A stretch of DNA of 53,248 nt from a virus (lineage: Duplodnaviria; Caudoviricetes): IMG/VR virus record IMGVR_UViG_3300049489_000151, positions 1-53,248 of that record. One strand, given 5' to 3'. Both the position numbers and the translations under genes were made by a program. The notes beneath the pieces were generated by a model that saw nothing but the letters and a program-made list of their open reading frames with translations, was not told the DNA's origin and searched no databases. This document shows, one piece after another, positions 14,082 to 24,134 of this stretch (the stretch's first letter is position 1; the number at the start of each line of letters is the position of its first letter).

Positions 14082-15617
14082 ATGGCGAATCCACTTGACG
14101 ACCTTCTGGGGGGCATCGTTGCGCCCTCAATAATCCACCCGCAGGACCAGCTCCTGCCGGTCACACGGGTGCCCCTGGCCCTACCTCTCTACGACTTCCA
14201 AGAGGAGGCCGTTGACCACGCTCTTCGTGGCTCCAGCATGTGTAAAGGCACTCCCGGCACGGCCGTGAGTGTGACATCGTTCGGCCCCGGCCATTCGTAC
14301 GTGGCACTCGACATGGGCCTGGGTAAGACTCCGGTGGGCATTACGCTCGCAGCGTCGGCCGCAGCTGTTCGTGACACTCCGGTGCTGGTGGTCGTTCCCC
14401 CTTCGCTCCGCTTCAATTGGCGACGAGAGTTCGCCAAGTTCGCCCCTACACTCTCAGTAGAGACCCTGGAGGGGGCCACGTGCCCCAACCTTGAGACGTG
14501 GGTAGCTCCTGAGGTGGACGTACTTCTCATGGGAGACTCGCAGCTCGCAGGATGGCACGAGGCCCTGACCGGCAAGGTGCGGGACTTCATCGTGGACGAA
14601 GCTCACAGGCTCAAGAACAAGAGTGGGCGCACCAAGGCCATGCTGGCGATCAGTGAGGCGTGCGACGGGCTCCGAGTGCTCATGAGTGGCACACCGATCC
14701 CCAACGGTCGCCATACCGAGCTTGACATGCAGCTCAACATCCTGGGCCCCGCTGCATGGCGGGACATCGGGGGCAAGGGCAAGTTCTACACTCATTACGC
14801 ACCGATCGTGGACTCTCGCTACGGGTCACGGTCATCACAGAATGGTGACGAGCTTCACCGTGACCTCACCCGCACGTTCTTCTTCCGCCGTCGTCGTGAC
14901 GAGGTGCTGGAGATGCCCGCCAAGGGGCGCACGGCGATCAGCATCGAAGCTGAGGGCAAGCCGAAGCGTGACTACGTGCGAGCAGAGGATGACCTCATCC
15001 AGTGGCTCGCTGAGGAGGGCCTGAACTTCAAGGGGGCGCAGCGTGCTGAGGCTCTCGTGCGGCTCACCACCCTCCGCAAGCTGGCCGGTGCCAGCAAGGT
15101 CAAGGGCATCGTGGAGCACGTCAAGGAGATCCTGGACAACGCTCCTGGAGGTGTGTTCGTGGTCGCTGAGCACAAGGACACAATCGACCAGATCATGGCA
15201 GGGCTGGCCAAGTACAACCCTGTAGCCGTGCGAGGTGGCATGACCGACAAGCAGAAGCAGATGAACGTCGATGACTTCTGCGACGGTACGTCACGAGTGA
15301 TGGTCGGCCAGATCGTGGCCGCTGGCGTGGGGCTCACGCTCCACGGTGGTGGGCTCAATCACCGAGTGGTCATCGCTCAGCTCCCCTGGACTCCTGCTGA
15401 CCTTCGGCAAGCCGAGGATCGTCTCCACCGCATCGGGCAGACGCACGACGTCGAAGTGGAGGTGTGCATGGCGAGCATCGATGGTCGGTGGACGATCGAT
15501 GAGCGACTGTGGGGGCAGCTCGAATCCAAGGCGTTCGCTGCCGGTGAAATCACCGATGGTGAGGGCGAGGTACTGCTGGAGGAGATTGTCGGGGGCGTTC
15601 TCGACAGCTACCGATGA
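14082..15617 (+). CDS. SNF2-family (SMARCAL1-like) helicase
   Basis: DMGLGKT, DEAH, SGTP, GVGLTL, QAEDRLHRIGQ. Confidence 0.93.
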   Translation: MANPLDDLLGGIVAPSIIHPQDQLLPVTRVPLALPLYDFQEEAVDHALRGSSMCKGTPGTAVSVTSFGPGHSYVALDMGLGKTPVGITLAASAAAVRDTPVLVVVPPSLRFNWRREFAKFAPTLSVETLEGATCPNLETWVAPEVDVLLMGDSQLAGWHEALTGKVRDFIVDEAHRLKNKSGRTKAMLAISEACDGLRVLMSGTPIPNGRHTELDMQLNILGPAAWRDIGGKGKFYTHYAPIVDSRYGSRSSQNGDELHRDLTRTFFFRRRRDEVLEMPAKGRTAISIEAEGKPKRDYVRAEDDLIQWLAEEGLNFKGAQRAEALVRLTTLRKLAGASKVKGIVEHVKEILDNAPGGVFVVAEHKDTIDQIMAGLAKYNPVAVRGGMTDKQKQMNVDDFCDGTSRVMVGQIVAAGVGLTLHGGGLNHRVVIAQLPWTPADLRQAEDRLHRIGQTHDVEVEVCMASIDGRWTIDERLWGQLESKAFAAGEITDGEGEVLLEEIVGGVLDSYR

Positions 15618-15622
15618 GTAAC

Positions 15623-15658
15623 ACAGGAGGGTGTCACGACTCTGTGACACCCTCCTGT
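15623..15658 (+). terminator. 15-bp perfect intergenic hairpin
   Basis: ACAGGAGGGTGTCAC-GACTCT-GTGACACCCTCCTGT. Confidence 0.6.
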
Positions 15659-15696
15659 TAGGGTGCTAACCAACCGAACGAGACAAGGAGTCAGAC

Positions 15697-16071
15697 ATGA
15701 AGATCACACAGTACGAGGGGGGAATCCCCTACCAGACAGAAGTACCGGACCCCAACCCTGCCACGCTGGCATCGTTCGAACGGTTCCTGGATACTATTCC
15801 CTGCTCATGCAGAGGAGAGGCCCACGATGAGTGCAGGCGTTGCGCAGAGTGCGATGAGCAAGGTGCCATGAACGACGTGGTGGACGACCCGGACGGGGGA
15901 GTCATGTGGCTCTGTGATGACTGCTACGAGGCAGCAGTCATAGCTGAGGAGGACGAATACAACCGCCAACGTGCTGAGTACGAAGCACTCGACATCGATG
16001 CCATCCGTGAGGACCACGAAGCCATGAAGTTCGACGCCTGGTGGCAAGAGCAGAAGGAGAACCGATCATGA
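15697..16071 (+). CDS. Cys-rich acidic hypothetical protein
   Basis: AAGGAG RBS; several CxxC motifs. Confidence 0.75.
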   Translation: MKITQYEGGIPYQTEVPDPNPATLASFERFLDTIPCSCRGEAHDECRRCAECDEQGAMNDVVDDPDGGVMWLCDDCYEAAVIAEEDEYNRQRAEYEALDIDAIREDHEAMKFDAWWQEQKENRS

Positions 16072-16280
16072 GCGGCAGCACCGACAACGAGTGGTGGTGG
16101 ATGATACCAATCATGCTCGTCATCGTAATCGTAACCCTCATTCTGGGGGCTACGGGTGTCATCGGCCCTATGTACGAGGAGTGCGAAGAGTACGGCACCG
16201 TGCTGGTCACGGTGGACGGAGATCAACGGTGCGTCCCCTGGGAACAAGCACCTGACCTGCAAGACTTCCCCCAACCCTGA
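16068..16280 (+). CDS. Small membrane protein
   Basis: One TM helix; ATGA overlap. Confidence 0.7.
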   Translation: MSGSTDNEWWWMIPIMLVIVIVTLILGATGVIGPMYEECEEYGTVLVTVDGDQRCVPWEQAPDLQDFPQP

Positions 16281-16324
16281 CCAATCCATTGACAACCATT
16301 CGACACAAGGAGTAGAAAGACATC

Positions 16325-18352
16325 ATGAAGACACGTACCCAGACCCGCAACGTAACTACCCACGGCTTGGGCGACATCACGTCGTTCAGCATCGCCACGA
16401 ACGGCAAGGCCTTCCGGTCGCTGATCGACTCGGTGTACACCGACAAGGTCACCACTCCCATTCGTGAGCTGATGACCAACGCCTTCGACTCGCACTCTGC
16501 TGCTGGTAAGGGGGACGAGCCATTCACAGTGTTTGTCCCCACCGGTCGTGACCTGCGGTTCGCAGTGAGAGACTACGGCACTGGCATGGACCACGATACG
16601 GTGACCAACCTCTACACCACGCTCTTCGCTTCCTCCAAGGAGGATACGAACGACGAGGTGGGCCAGCTTGGTCTTGGTTCCAAGAGCCCGTTCGCTTACA
16701 CCGACACGTTCACCGTGACGGCGTTCGATGGTGCTAGCAAGAGGGTCTACACGGCCTTCATGGCATCGGACCTGCCCCAGCTTGCACTGCTCCATGAGGG
16801 AGAGAGCACCGAGCCTCAGGGCATCCTGGTGGAGTTCCCGGTCAAGTACCAGGACGTGGGAGACTTTCAGAAGAAGGTGGGCTTCGTGGCACTCGGGTTC
16901 GATGTCAAGCCTGTCATCTCTGGAGGGTCTATCGACATCGCCCGACCGCTGTCCAGTGGGGACGGCTGGAAGCTGTACAAGGCTGGCTATCACGGTAGCT
17001 CTCCATTCCGGGGGCAGGAGGTGTACGTGCGCCAGGGGTGCGTCATCTACCCGGTCCCCAGTCGTGCAGCGATCGACTTCCCCATCGACTACGACACTGC
17101 GGTCGTCATCGACGTGCCGATTGGCACGGCTGAGGTGACCCTCTCTCGTGAGGCACTCCAGTGGGACGACGTGACCCGTGAGGGTGTCGTCTCGTACGCA
17201 GACAAGGCGTGGAAGGACGCATGCAAGTCCCACCAGGAAGCGTACGACGCTCTCCCACGTCTCGTGGACAAGCTGCGGTACCGCAACAAGAACATCCCTC
17301 GCAATTGGTGGGGGCACATGAAGATCTCCCAGCAGAGCGGCATCAGCCTGCTCGGTGACATCGGCGGTGAGGATCTCAAGAAGGCTGTCGCCGCAGCGGT
17401 CCCCGGCACCATGGCTCTACTGGCCACTCCCACCACCAGCTACGGTGTCAAGACATCGGTGTGCTACTACCAGGACGTGAACGAGCTGGGCAGTGTGAGC
17501 GTGGTGCTCATGGACGACTCGACACCTCGCCGGGTATCACGTGTTCGTCAGTGGGGGCGTTCTGGGGGCGCTGGTAGCTCTCGATACACCAGCAGCAAGT
17601 ACCTGTACCTCCCTGTCGAAGGACAGGCCAAGGCCAAGGCACGTATCCAAGAGGTGTGGGGGCTCAAGGATGAGCAATTCATCCCCGTGTCTGATCTCCC
17701 AGACATCGACCGTGAGGTGGCCGCCAAGATCAACCCAACCGCCAAGACCGTACTGCAGGAGCTGCAAGACAAGCTGGACGACGGTGCGATCTGGGTGGGT
17801 ACACACTCACGGCGTCATGAGTACCTGACGCTGACCAACGCTCTGAGCGACCCTACGAGTCGTAGGGGATGGGAGACCTACATCACCAAGTTGGAAGATG
17901 CGTTCCCCTATCTCTACTCCAGGGTGACGGGGGGAGAGGAGGTGCTGTACCTCAGCCGTGCCCAGCGGGAGACTCTCACGGTCAATGCGGACCGTGAGCT
18001 GTCGAACGTCATGAGTGGGTACATCAAGACTCACGTCCAGGAATACATCGATATCTACACTGCCAACGAGGTCAGGTCCTCAGTGTCCTCTATCATCCGC
18101 TACGAAGCTCGTAGCGCAGTGCTCCAGGCTCTCAATCTCACAGTAACGGGAAGTGTGGGTAACCTGGGGCACGAGCTGGTACGTGGGGCAAACCTGCTCG
18201 GTATCGACACATCGGTAGACCAGGACAAGGTGCAGGGGGCAATCGACCTGGTGCGCAAGACCTTCCCGCTCCTCTTCCCGCTTGACGGGCCAGAGATGCT
18301 GGAGTACATTCAGAAGCAAGCAGCAACACTCAACCAAGGAGATCAGTCATGA
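16325..18352 (+). CDS. rIIA: rIIA-like protein (GHKL ATPase N-terminal domain)
   Basis: IRELMTNAFDSH, VRDYGTGM, GQLGLGSKSPFAY; adjacent to rIIB-like gene. Confidence 0.88.
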   Translation: MKTRTQTRNVTTHGLGDITSFSIATNGKAFRSLIDSVYTDKVTTPIRELMTNAFDSHSAAGKGDEPFTVFVPTGRDLRFAVRDYGTGMDHDTVTNLYTTLFASSKEDTNDEVGQLGLGSKSPFAYTDTFTVTAFDGASKRVYTAFMASDLPQLALLHEGESTEPQGILVEFPVKYQDVGDFQKKVGFVALGFDVKPVISGGSIDIARPLSSGDGWKLYKAGYHGSSPFRGQEVYVRQGCVIYPVPSRAAIDFPIDYDTAVVIDVPIGTAEVTLSREALQWDDVTREGVVSYADKAWKDACKSHQEAYDALPRLVDKLRYRNKNIPRNWWGHMKISQQSGISLLGDIGGEDLKKAVAAAVPGTMALLATPTTSYGVKTSVCYYQDVNELGSVSVVLMDDSTPRRVSRVRQWGRSGGAGSSRYTSSKYLYLPVEGQAKAKARIQEVWGLKDEQFIPVSDLPDIDREVAAKINPTAKTVLQELQDKLDDGAIWVGTHSRRHEYLTLTNALSDPTSRRGWETYITKLEDAFPYLYSRVTGGEEVLYLSRAQRETLTVNADRELSNVMSGYIKTHVQEYIDIYTANEVRSSVSSIIRYEARSAVLQALNLTVTGSVGNLGHELVRGANLLGIDTSVDQDKVQGAIDLVRKTFPLLFPLDGPEMLEYIQKQAATLNQGDQS

Positions 18353-19299
18353 GCAGCTACCCGTACATCATCAGTGAGAATAGTCTCACTGTCTTCCTCC
18401 AGGGCGAGGCGTTCACCGTGGACGCCACCGCCCCCAACTACCAGGCCATCGAATCGGCCTTGGCAGACGGGGTCATGGATGAAGACTATCTGCGGAGCCT
18501 CTTCGGCGGCTACGACACCAGTGCAGCGATGCTCTTCGATGACTCCGCCAACAACGGACTGGTCAAGGTCACTCGCAACGGTGTGACCTACGCCGGTCAT
18601 GTGGTCAACAGTGTGCTGGCTGACCGCATGGTGGACATCGCTGATAAAGGGCTCCCTTTGGAGCCGTGGGTCAACTTCCTCAACAAGGTCATGGCCAACC
18701 CTGAGCCATTCGCTCAGGAGGAGCTGTACCTGTGGCTGGCCAAGAGTGACCTGCCCATCACCGATGACGGTGACTTCCTGGCGTACAAGAAGGTCAACGA
18801 CGACTTCACCGACATCTACTCGGGGACGATCGACAACAGCCCCGGCCAGACTGTGGTCATGCCGGGTGGCCGGTCGGAGGTTGACAACGACCGTGACAAT
18901 CTCTGCTCCATCGGTCTTCATTTCTGCTCCAAGAGCTATCTGCCACAGTTCGGCAGGCAGGACGGTGACCGGGTGGTGCTGGTCAAGGTCAACCCGACCG
19001 ACGTGGTGTCGATCCCAGCCGACTACCAGAACGCCAAGGGGCGCACGTGGAAGTACGAGGTGGTCCAGGAGATCACCGGCCTCGACCCGCACGAGATCAA
19101 CCTGCCCCCGGTGGTCCACGTCGAAGACAGCGACATCTACACCGACTTCGTCTGGTCCCCAGAGGATGACGACTGGGACGACGACTTCGATGACGACTGG
19201 GACGCCCTCATCGATGAGGACGACAACCCGTGGTCGGCACCGGCTCCCCAGCAGGTCAAGGGTTTCTGGAAGACCATCTGGCAGAAAGTGACCGCATGA
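18349..19299 (+). CDS. rIIB: rIIB-like protein
   Basis: LPITDDGDFLAYKKV, CSIGLHFCS, VKVNPTDVVSIPADY. Confidence 0.92.
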   Translation: MSSYPYIISENSLTVFLQGEAFTVDATAPNYQAIESALADGVMDEDYLRSLFGGYDTSAAMLFDDSANNGLVKVTRNGVTYAGHVVNSVLADRMVDIADKGLPLEPWVNFLNKVMANPEPFAQEELYLWLAKSDLPITDDGDFLAYKKVNDDFTDIYSGTIDNSPGQTVVMPGGRSEVDNDRDNLCSIGLHFCSKSYLPQFGRQDGDRVVLVKVNPTDVVSIPADYQNAKGRTWKYEVVQEITGLDPHEINLPPVVHVEDSDIYTDFVWSPEDDDWDDDFDDDWDALIDEDDNPWSAPAPQQVKGFWKTIWQKVTA

Positions 19300-19312
19300 C
19301 AGGAGGTGACAC

Positions 19313-19423
19313 ATGCAGGAAGCAATCCGGTTCAACAGCCGTGAGGTAACCATTCGGTTCTTCACCGTTGGGGTCCACGAGATGGACCTCAAAGACATCC
19401 TTGACGCCCTCAAGAGGCGCTGA
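19313..19423 (+). CDS. 36-aa hypothetical protein
   Basis: AGGAGG RBS; MQEAIRFNSREVTIRFF. Confidence 0.55.
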   Translation: MQEAIRFNSREVTIRFFTVGVHEMDLKDILDALKRR

Positions 19424-19430
19424 GAGGGGT

Positions 19431-19462
19431 AAGAGGGAGGGGTATCAATACCCCTCCCTCTT
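19431..19462 (+). terminator. 14-bp hairpin
   Basis: AAGAGGGAGGGGTA-TCAA-TACCCCTCCCTCTT. Confidence 0.55.
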
Positions 19463-19500
19463 TCCATGTACGCTCGCACCCAACAGAAAGGAGGCCCCCA

Positions 19501-19758
19501 ATGCCAGAGCTAACAGAAGCAGAACGAACCATGATTGCAGCGCTAGCCCAAGTGGTCATCGTAGACAGGTTGAAGCGTGCCGTGGAAGTTGGCACCACGT
19601 CGAAGGGGCGTATCATCTGCGAGTTCGTAGGTGAGCCATCCGAAGCCGAGAAGAAGTGGGAAGAGATCAGGGCTAGGTTCGCCCCTCCCCCTTCGGTTAT
19701 CAAGGGGGGGCCACACAAGGCCCCCGTCACGCACGAAGAGGCATGGAAGGAAGACTGA
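19501..19758 (+). CDS. Hypothetical protein
   Basis: AAAGGAGG RBS. Confidence 0.7.
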   Translation: MPELTEAERTMIAALAQVVIVDRLKRAVEVGTTSKGRIICEFVGEPSEAEKKWEEIRARFAPPPSVIKGGPHKAPVTHEEAWKED

Positions 19759-19760
19759 CC

Positions 19761-20222
19761 GTGAGACAGAGCTACGAGTTCCGCACTGAGATCTCAAACA
19801 TGCTGCACAGGAAGGAGAAGATCCAAGCCGTCAAGTCAGTCAAAGACTTCTATGGCATCGGCCTCATGGAGGCCAAGGACCTGGTGGACAGTATCAGCAC
19901 CAGCCAGGTGTATAACAACCTCTGCTACGACGTTGACACCACGTTCGACCTGTACGAGGCTGGCTGTGCTTTCAGCAGCAAGCCGACAAGCGACCGCAAG
20001 ACCGGGGATGTCGAGAAGCTGGCAGAAACGCTGGCTGCCATGGTGTGGGCCAAACTGGAAGACAAGATCGACCAAGCCTTTACAGAACCGTTGGCGTGGG
20101 ATATCCAACAGCTACGCAACGACCTCACTCTCATCTCCAACCAACTCTACGACACCGACGCCAGAGTGTTAGAGGTTCGCAAGGACATCGCTGTCACTCG
20201 GCAACAGATCAGGATGAAATGA
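19761..20222 (+). CDS. Ribosomal protein L7/L12 C-terminal-like domain plus coiled coil
   Basis: KIQAVKSVKDFYGIGLMEAKDLVD resembles the KIxVIKxVRxxTGLGLKEAKDLVE motif. Confidence 0.75.
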   Translation: MRQSYEFRTEISNMLHRKEKIQAVKSVKDFYGIGLMEAKDLVDSISTSQVYNNLCYDVDTTFDLYEAGCAFSSKPTSDRKTGDVEKLAETLAAMVWAKLEDKIDQAFTEPLAWDIQQLRNDLTLISNQLYDTDARVLEVRKDIAVTRQQIRMK

Positions 20223-20353
20223 TGGACAACGACATCTCACTCGACACCAACGAGACCAACTGGCTCGTCAACTTCACGCTCTCCGTCATTGCGGGGGGCG
20301 TGCTACTCACAGTGACTTCGGTCACAGCCGCACTATATGTCTTGCTTTCGTAG
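20219..20353 (+). CDS. Small membrane peptide
   Basis: ATGA overlap; hydrophobic C-terminal half. Confidence 0.5.
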   Translation: MMDNDISLDTNETNWLVNFTLSVIAGGVLLTVTSVTAALYVLLS

Positions 20354-20370
20354 AATCCATACCCTACTAT
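20342..20370 (+). promoter_or_regulatory. SigA-like promoter
   Basis: TTGCTT-N17-TACTAT upstream of the AAA gene. Confidence 0.6.
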
Positions 20371-20410
20371 GACCCAGTACCCGCAAACACACGCCCAAGG
20401 AGCACACAAC

Positions 20411-21751
20411 ATGGTTGCCACCAAGTCACTCAACGCAGGAACTCCCGTCACGGTCTCGGCCGGTCCCCTGGAGGGGGCGACGGGGTTCGTCGTCAACCCG
20501 ATCGCCGTACCAGACGGTGAGATCAATGCACGAAAGGTTCTCGTGAACCTGGATGGGGACGACGTGTACATTCTCCCCCGCATGCTGGACTTCGACTTCG
20601 CCCAGAAGTCAGATGCTCCTGTCACGGTGGCGCAGGTCGCCGCCAAGGTTTCCCACCACCGTTCACAAGAGGAGAGCACCATGATCACCGACCCCATGGA
20701 CCCAGCACTCGACCAGTTCCGACCCAACTCCAACATCGTTCGTGAGTACGTCTCTCGCATCGTGTGCAAGGGGGACAACTTCAAGGGCTACCGTGACACC
20801 GACTACTTCCTCCACCTGAGGGACATGCGGGACAGCAACGGCTACAGCCCGAACATCGCCCTGGTGGGGGACACTCAGTCGGGCAAGACCATGCTGGTCA
20901 ACGTGCTGGCAGTGCTGGCAGCCGAGCGTGACGGACACCCGAAGCCGTACCCCGTGTTCACGATCAACGGCTCGTCTGGTATCTCGTCGTTCGACCTCTA
21001 CGGCATGACCACTGCAGTCCGTGAGGATGGCCAGGAGGTGCTGGTCTGGATGGATGGCATCGTGCACATGGCAGCCGCTTGCGGTGGCATCCTCTACCTG
21101 GACGAGTGGAACGCCGTTCCCCCATCGCAGGCAGTCGCCATCCACCCGCTGCTGGACGATCGTCGCCAGTTCACCAACACCCAGAAGGCGGTCCCCAACG
21201 GTCACGGTGGGTACAACCCGGAAGTGGTCAAGGCCAACACCAACATGTGGGTCATCTCTACGGTGAACCCTGGCTACAAGGGGACGCAGCTGGTCGCAGA
21301 GGCCACCAGCAACCGCTTCCGTTGGGTGCCGTGGAACTACGACCCGAAGACTGAGCGCAAGCTGGTCAAGAGCAAGGGTGTGCTGGGATTCGGCAACGCT
21401 CTTCGTGACCTCTACGCCGGTCACGAGATCACGGTCCCGGTTGGTACCTCGGCGCTCGTCCGGTTCGCTCAGGACGCAGCACACCTCGGTGTGGAGGCTG
21501 CTCTCAGCAACTTCGTGGGTATGTTCCCCCCTCGGGAGCAGAGCGTGGTGCAGGCAGTGTTCACGTCGGACAACTTCGACGTGACGATCGCCAAGGAATA
21601 CCCCAACCCCACGTTCCAGCGCACCGGTGATGAGATCATCGAAGATGCCACCCCCGCAGAGGTGGAGCCGGAGGACAACGACCCCCACGTGTCAGACGTT
21701 GATCAGGCAGTCGAAGACGCTCTCCAGAGCCTCCTCAACGGCAACAGCTGA
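20411..21751 (+). CDS. MoxR/CobS-like AAA+ ATPase
   Basis: Walker A GDTQSGKT, Walker B LYLDE, sensor NPGY, NRF arginine finger. Confidence 0.9.
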   Translation: MVATKSLNAGTPVTVSAGPLEGATGFVVNPIAVPDGEINARKVLVNLDGDDVYILPRMLDFDFAQKSDAPVTVAQVAAKVSHHRSQEESTMITDPMDPALDQFRPNSNIVREYVSRIVCKGDNFKGYRDTDYFLHLRDMRDSNGYSPNIALVGDTQSGKTMLVNVLAVLAAERDGHPKPYPVFTINGSSGISSFDLYGMTTAVREDGQEVLVWMDGIVHMAAACGGILYLDEWNAVPPSQAVAIHPLLDDRRQFTNTQKAVPNGHGGYNPEVVKANTNMWVISTVNPGYKGTQLVAEATSNRFRWVPWNYDPKTERKLVKSKGVLGFGNALRDLYAGHEITVPVGTSALVRFAQDAAHLGVEAALSNFVGMFPPREQSVVQAVFTSDNFDVTIAKEYPNPTFQRTGDEIIEDATPAEVEPEDNDPHVSDVDQAVEDALQSLLNGNS

Positions 21752-21758
21752 CCACCAT

Positions 21759-21798
21759 GGTGTCACAACAGTACTGGTGACGGTACTGTTGTGACACC
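21759..21798 (+). terminator. 18-bp intergenic hairpin
   Basis: GGTGTCACAACAGTACTG-GTGA-CGGTACTGTTGTGACACC followed by TTT. Confidence 0.6.
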
Positions 21799-21849
21799 TT
21801 TCTCATTCACCCCCTTGACATTCCATTTCAACTAAGGAAGACTGACATC

Positions 21850-23931
21850 ATGGCATCAGGACAGAAGACCTACATCGAAAAGCAAGCAGAGCAAGCCAAC
21901 CGTGAGCGGGCAGCTAAGGCTGCAGCCCTCAAGAAGGCGGCAGACGCCGACGTGCTGCAACGAATCAAGACCGCACGCAACCGTGCTGCGCAGGAACGCA
22001 CTGTCGATTCCGCCAAGATCCAGGAGCGGTTCGCTAGTCGTGCAGTGTCACGCATCGGCAAGGACTTCAACGGTCTCATCAAGAGCCGTCGTATCCACGC
22101 TGCTGGTCGTGACGCCATCCATTGGGGGCGCAAAGGTGCTACACCTTTGGGTCGTGCACGTGTCGAGCTGGAGCGTCACGCTCTTCGCCAGGCCAACGGA
22201 GATACACCGGAGCTGCGTGCGTACACAGACTTCTCGACAGCTTACTGCTTCGTCAACGCTGACAAGGTGCCCAAGTACACGCAGCGTGAGGATGTCAAGC
22301 GATGGGTGGCCCGCATCAGGGGGGCCATGTACCACGAGCTGGGGCACATGCAGTTCTCCATTCCGTCCCGCATGGTCATCGAACGTGCTGACTTCACCCT
22401 GGACGAGGTCAAGGCCATACAGCCTGATCTCAAGCTGATCACTGAGAAGATGGTGACCAACTCGTGGAAGGGCTCCATGAAGGTCATGCACGACAACTTC
22501 GGTGAGGTACACCAGGCATGGAACATGCTTGAGGACCAGCGCATGGAGACGGCGGTTGTGCGTGACTACCCGTACGCCCCCAACTACCTGACCCCTCTGA
22601 TCACCAAGCTGATCATTCTCGACAGCCCCAATAGGGAGCTGAGCTGGACCCTCATCGGGGGTCGTAAGTACCTTCCTGTAGAGATCCGTGACGCCTCTCG
22701 TGACCGCTTCAACGAGTGGTTCGACACCCAGGCCCAAGACGTCAAGGATCTGCTCCACACCGACCCCACGGTGACACCAGCCGACCAGTGGTTGGAGATC
22801 GTGGACTCGTACAAGCAGGCGACCACCTGCGTGGACATGTTCGTCGCCATGTGTGCTGCACAGCTATGGTTGGAGCAGCTCAACCTGCCGTCGAGCGACG
22901 ACTCGCACGACAGCGCTCAGTACGAGCCCATGGACGCAGCGGAGATGGGCCGTCGTGAGAAGGGTGGTGCTACTGCCCCTGGACAGGAGCGTTCCAACGT
23001 GCGAGCTAGCGGCGGAGATGACGATGGAGACGGTGAGGGAGAGGAGGGTGGAGACGGCAAGTCCACCACCTCATCCAAGAGCGCCAGTAACGACAAGGCA
23101 CCGGAGACTTTCGGTACTCTGGAAGAGATCGCTACGGAAGTGCTGGATGACGCCCTGAACGATCTCCCAGCCGACAGCACCATCGGTGAGTCGCTGCGTG
23201 AGGCTGAGGGGGACGGACTGCTCCCCTACGACCGTCAGACAGAGGATCTCCCCAGCGAATGGGTGGACAAGGCCAACACGGTCTCTGTGGGCATTGAGAG
23301 GGCGCTGCAAGCGTTCGTAACCGCCAACGAGCCCATCTGGAAGGCACGCCAGCAGGTCGGTGTTCTTGACCCCCTGGCGTACCGCACACGAGAGACAGGG
23401 GCCATCGATTACCGCAGGTTCTTGGACGACAGTGGTCGTGAGGGTATGGACGTTCACGTGTCCATGCTCTGTGACAACAGCGGTTCGATGGGTGGCAGCA
23501 TGGGGGCGCTCTCCGCAGCGCTCTTGGCCATGGCTACGGCTTGTGAGCGAGTAGGGGCAGGGTACGACATTGTGCTCTGGTCCACCGAGTACTACCGTGT
23601 CGAAGAGCCGACCGTTCCAACGCTGTACCCCCACCTTGGGGGTACGGAAGTGGTGCCAGCCCTTGAGGATCTCAAGAACGCACCCGTTGGGCAGCACGTC
23701 AAGAACCATCTGGTGCTGCTGTTCACGGACGGAGCGTGGTACGATCACCCAGATCTGACCAAGTACCGTGAGAATGACATGCACATCAACCGCAAGTTCG
23801 TCCTTGCTAAGTACGGATCGGCTGGCTCTGCTGACTACGGAGCTGATAAGGTCGTACAGCTAACCGACATCCTTGATTTCCCCCAGCTACTGGAAGCTGG
23901 ACTCAGGGAACTGGCCGGTGGAAGGAACTGA
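21850..23931 (+). CDS. CobT-like VWA domain protein with HExxH motif
   Basis: YHELGH, NMLEDQRME, acidic linker, MIDAS DNSGSM...GGT...FTDG. Confidence 0.88.
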   Translation: MASGQKTYIEKQAEQANRERAAKAAALKKAADADVLQRIKTARNRAAQERTVDSAKIQERFASRAVSRIGKDFNGLIKSRRIHAAGRDAIHWGRKGATPLGRARVELERHALRQANGDTPELRAYTDFSTAYCFVNADKVPKYTQREDVKRWVARIRGAMYHELGHMQFSIPSRMVIERADFTLDEVKAIQPDLKLITEKMVTNSWKGSMKVMHDNFGEVHQAWNMLEDQRMETAVVRDYPYAPNYLTPLITKLIILDSPNRELSWTLIGGRKYLPVEIRDASRDRFNEWFDTQAQDVKDLLHTDPTVTPADQWLEIVDSYKQATTCVDMFVAMCAAQLWLEQLNLPSSDDSHDSAQYEPMDAAEMGRREKGGATAPGQERSNVRASGGDDDGDGEGEEGGDGKSTTSSKSASNDKAPETFGTLEEIATEVLDDALNDLPADSTIGESLREAEGDGLLPYDRQTEDLPSEWVDKANTVSVGIERALQAFVTANEPIWKARQQVGVLDPLAYRTRETGAIDYRRFLDDSGREGMDVHVSMLCDNSGSMGGSMGALSAALLAMATACERVGAGYDIVLWSTEYYRVEEPTVPTLYPHLGGTEVVPALEDLKNAPVGQHVKNHLVLLFTDGAWYDHPDLTKYRENDMHINRKFVLAKYGSAGSADYGADKVVQLTDILDFPQLLEAGLRELAGGRN

Positions 23932-24134
23932 TGGACAACTACTCATACGAATGCCCTAGGTGTGGAACATCAGTGGGGGCCAACGTGGTCCCCATTGGTG
24001 GTCCCCCTACATGTTCAAACTACAGCGGACACCACAGCAAGAAGTCGTTTGACATGGTGTACGTGCCTAGCAAGAGCAAGAAGGAAGAACCCAACCCATA
24101 CCCCAAGAGCAAGAAGAAAGTCATCTACACATGA
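23931..24134 (+). CDS. Small zinc-ribbon protein
   Basis: YECPRCG...PTCSN...H. Confidence 0.65.
   Translation: MDNYSYECPRCGTSVGANVVPIGGPPTCSNYSGHHSKKSFDMVYVPSKSKKEEPNPYPKSKKKVIYT

Noticed and set aside
16223-23784. Long antisense ORFs (16223-17317, 18343-19479, 20663-21688, 22048-22758, 23071-23784)
   Set aside because: Shadow ORFs of GC-rich plus-strand genes that have clear motifs
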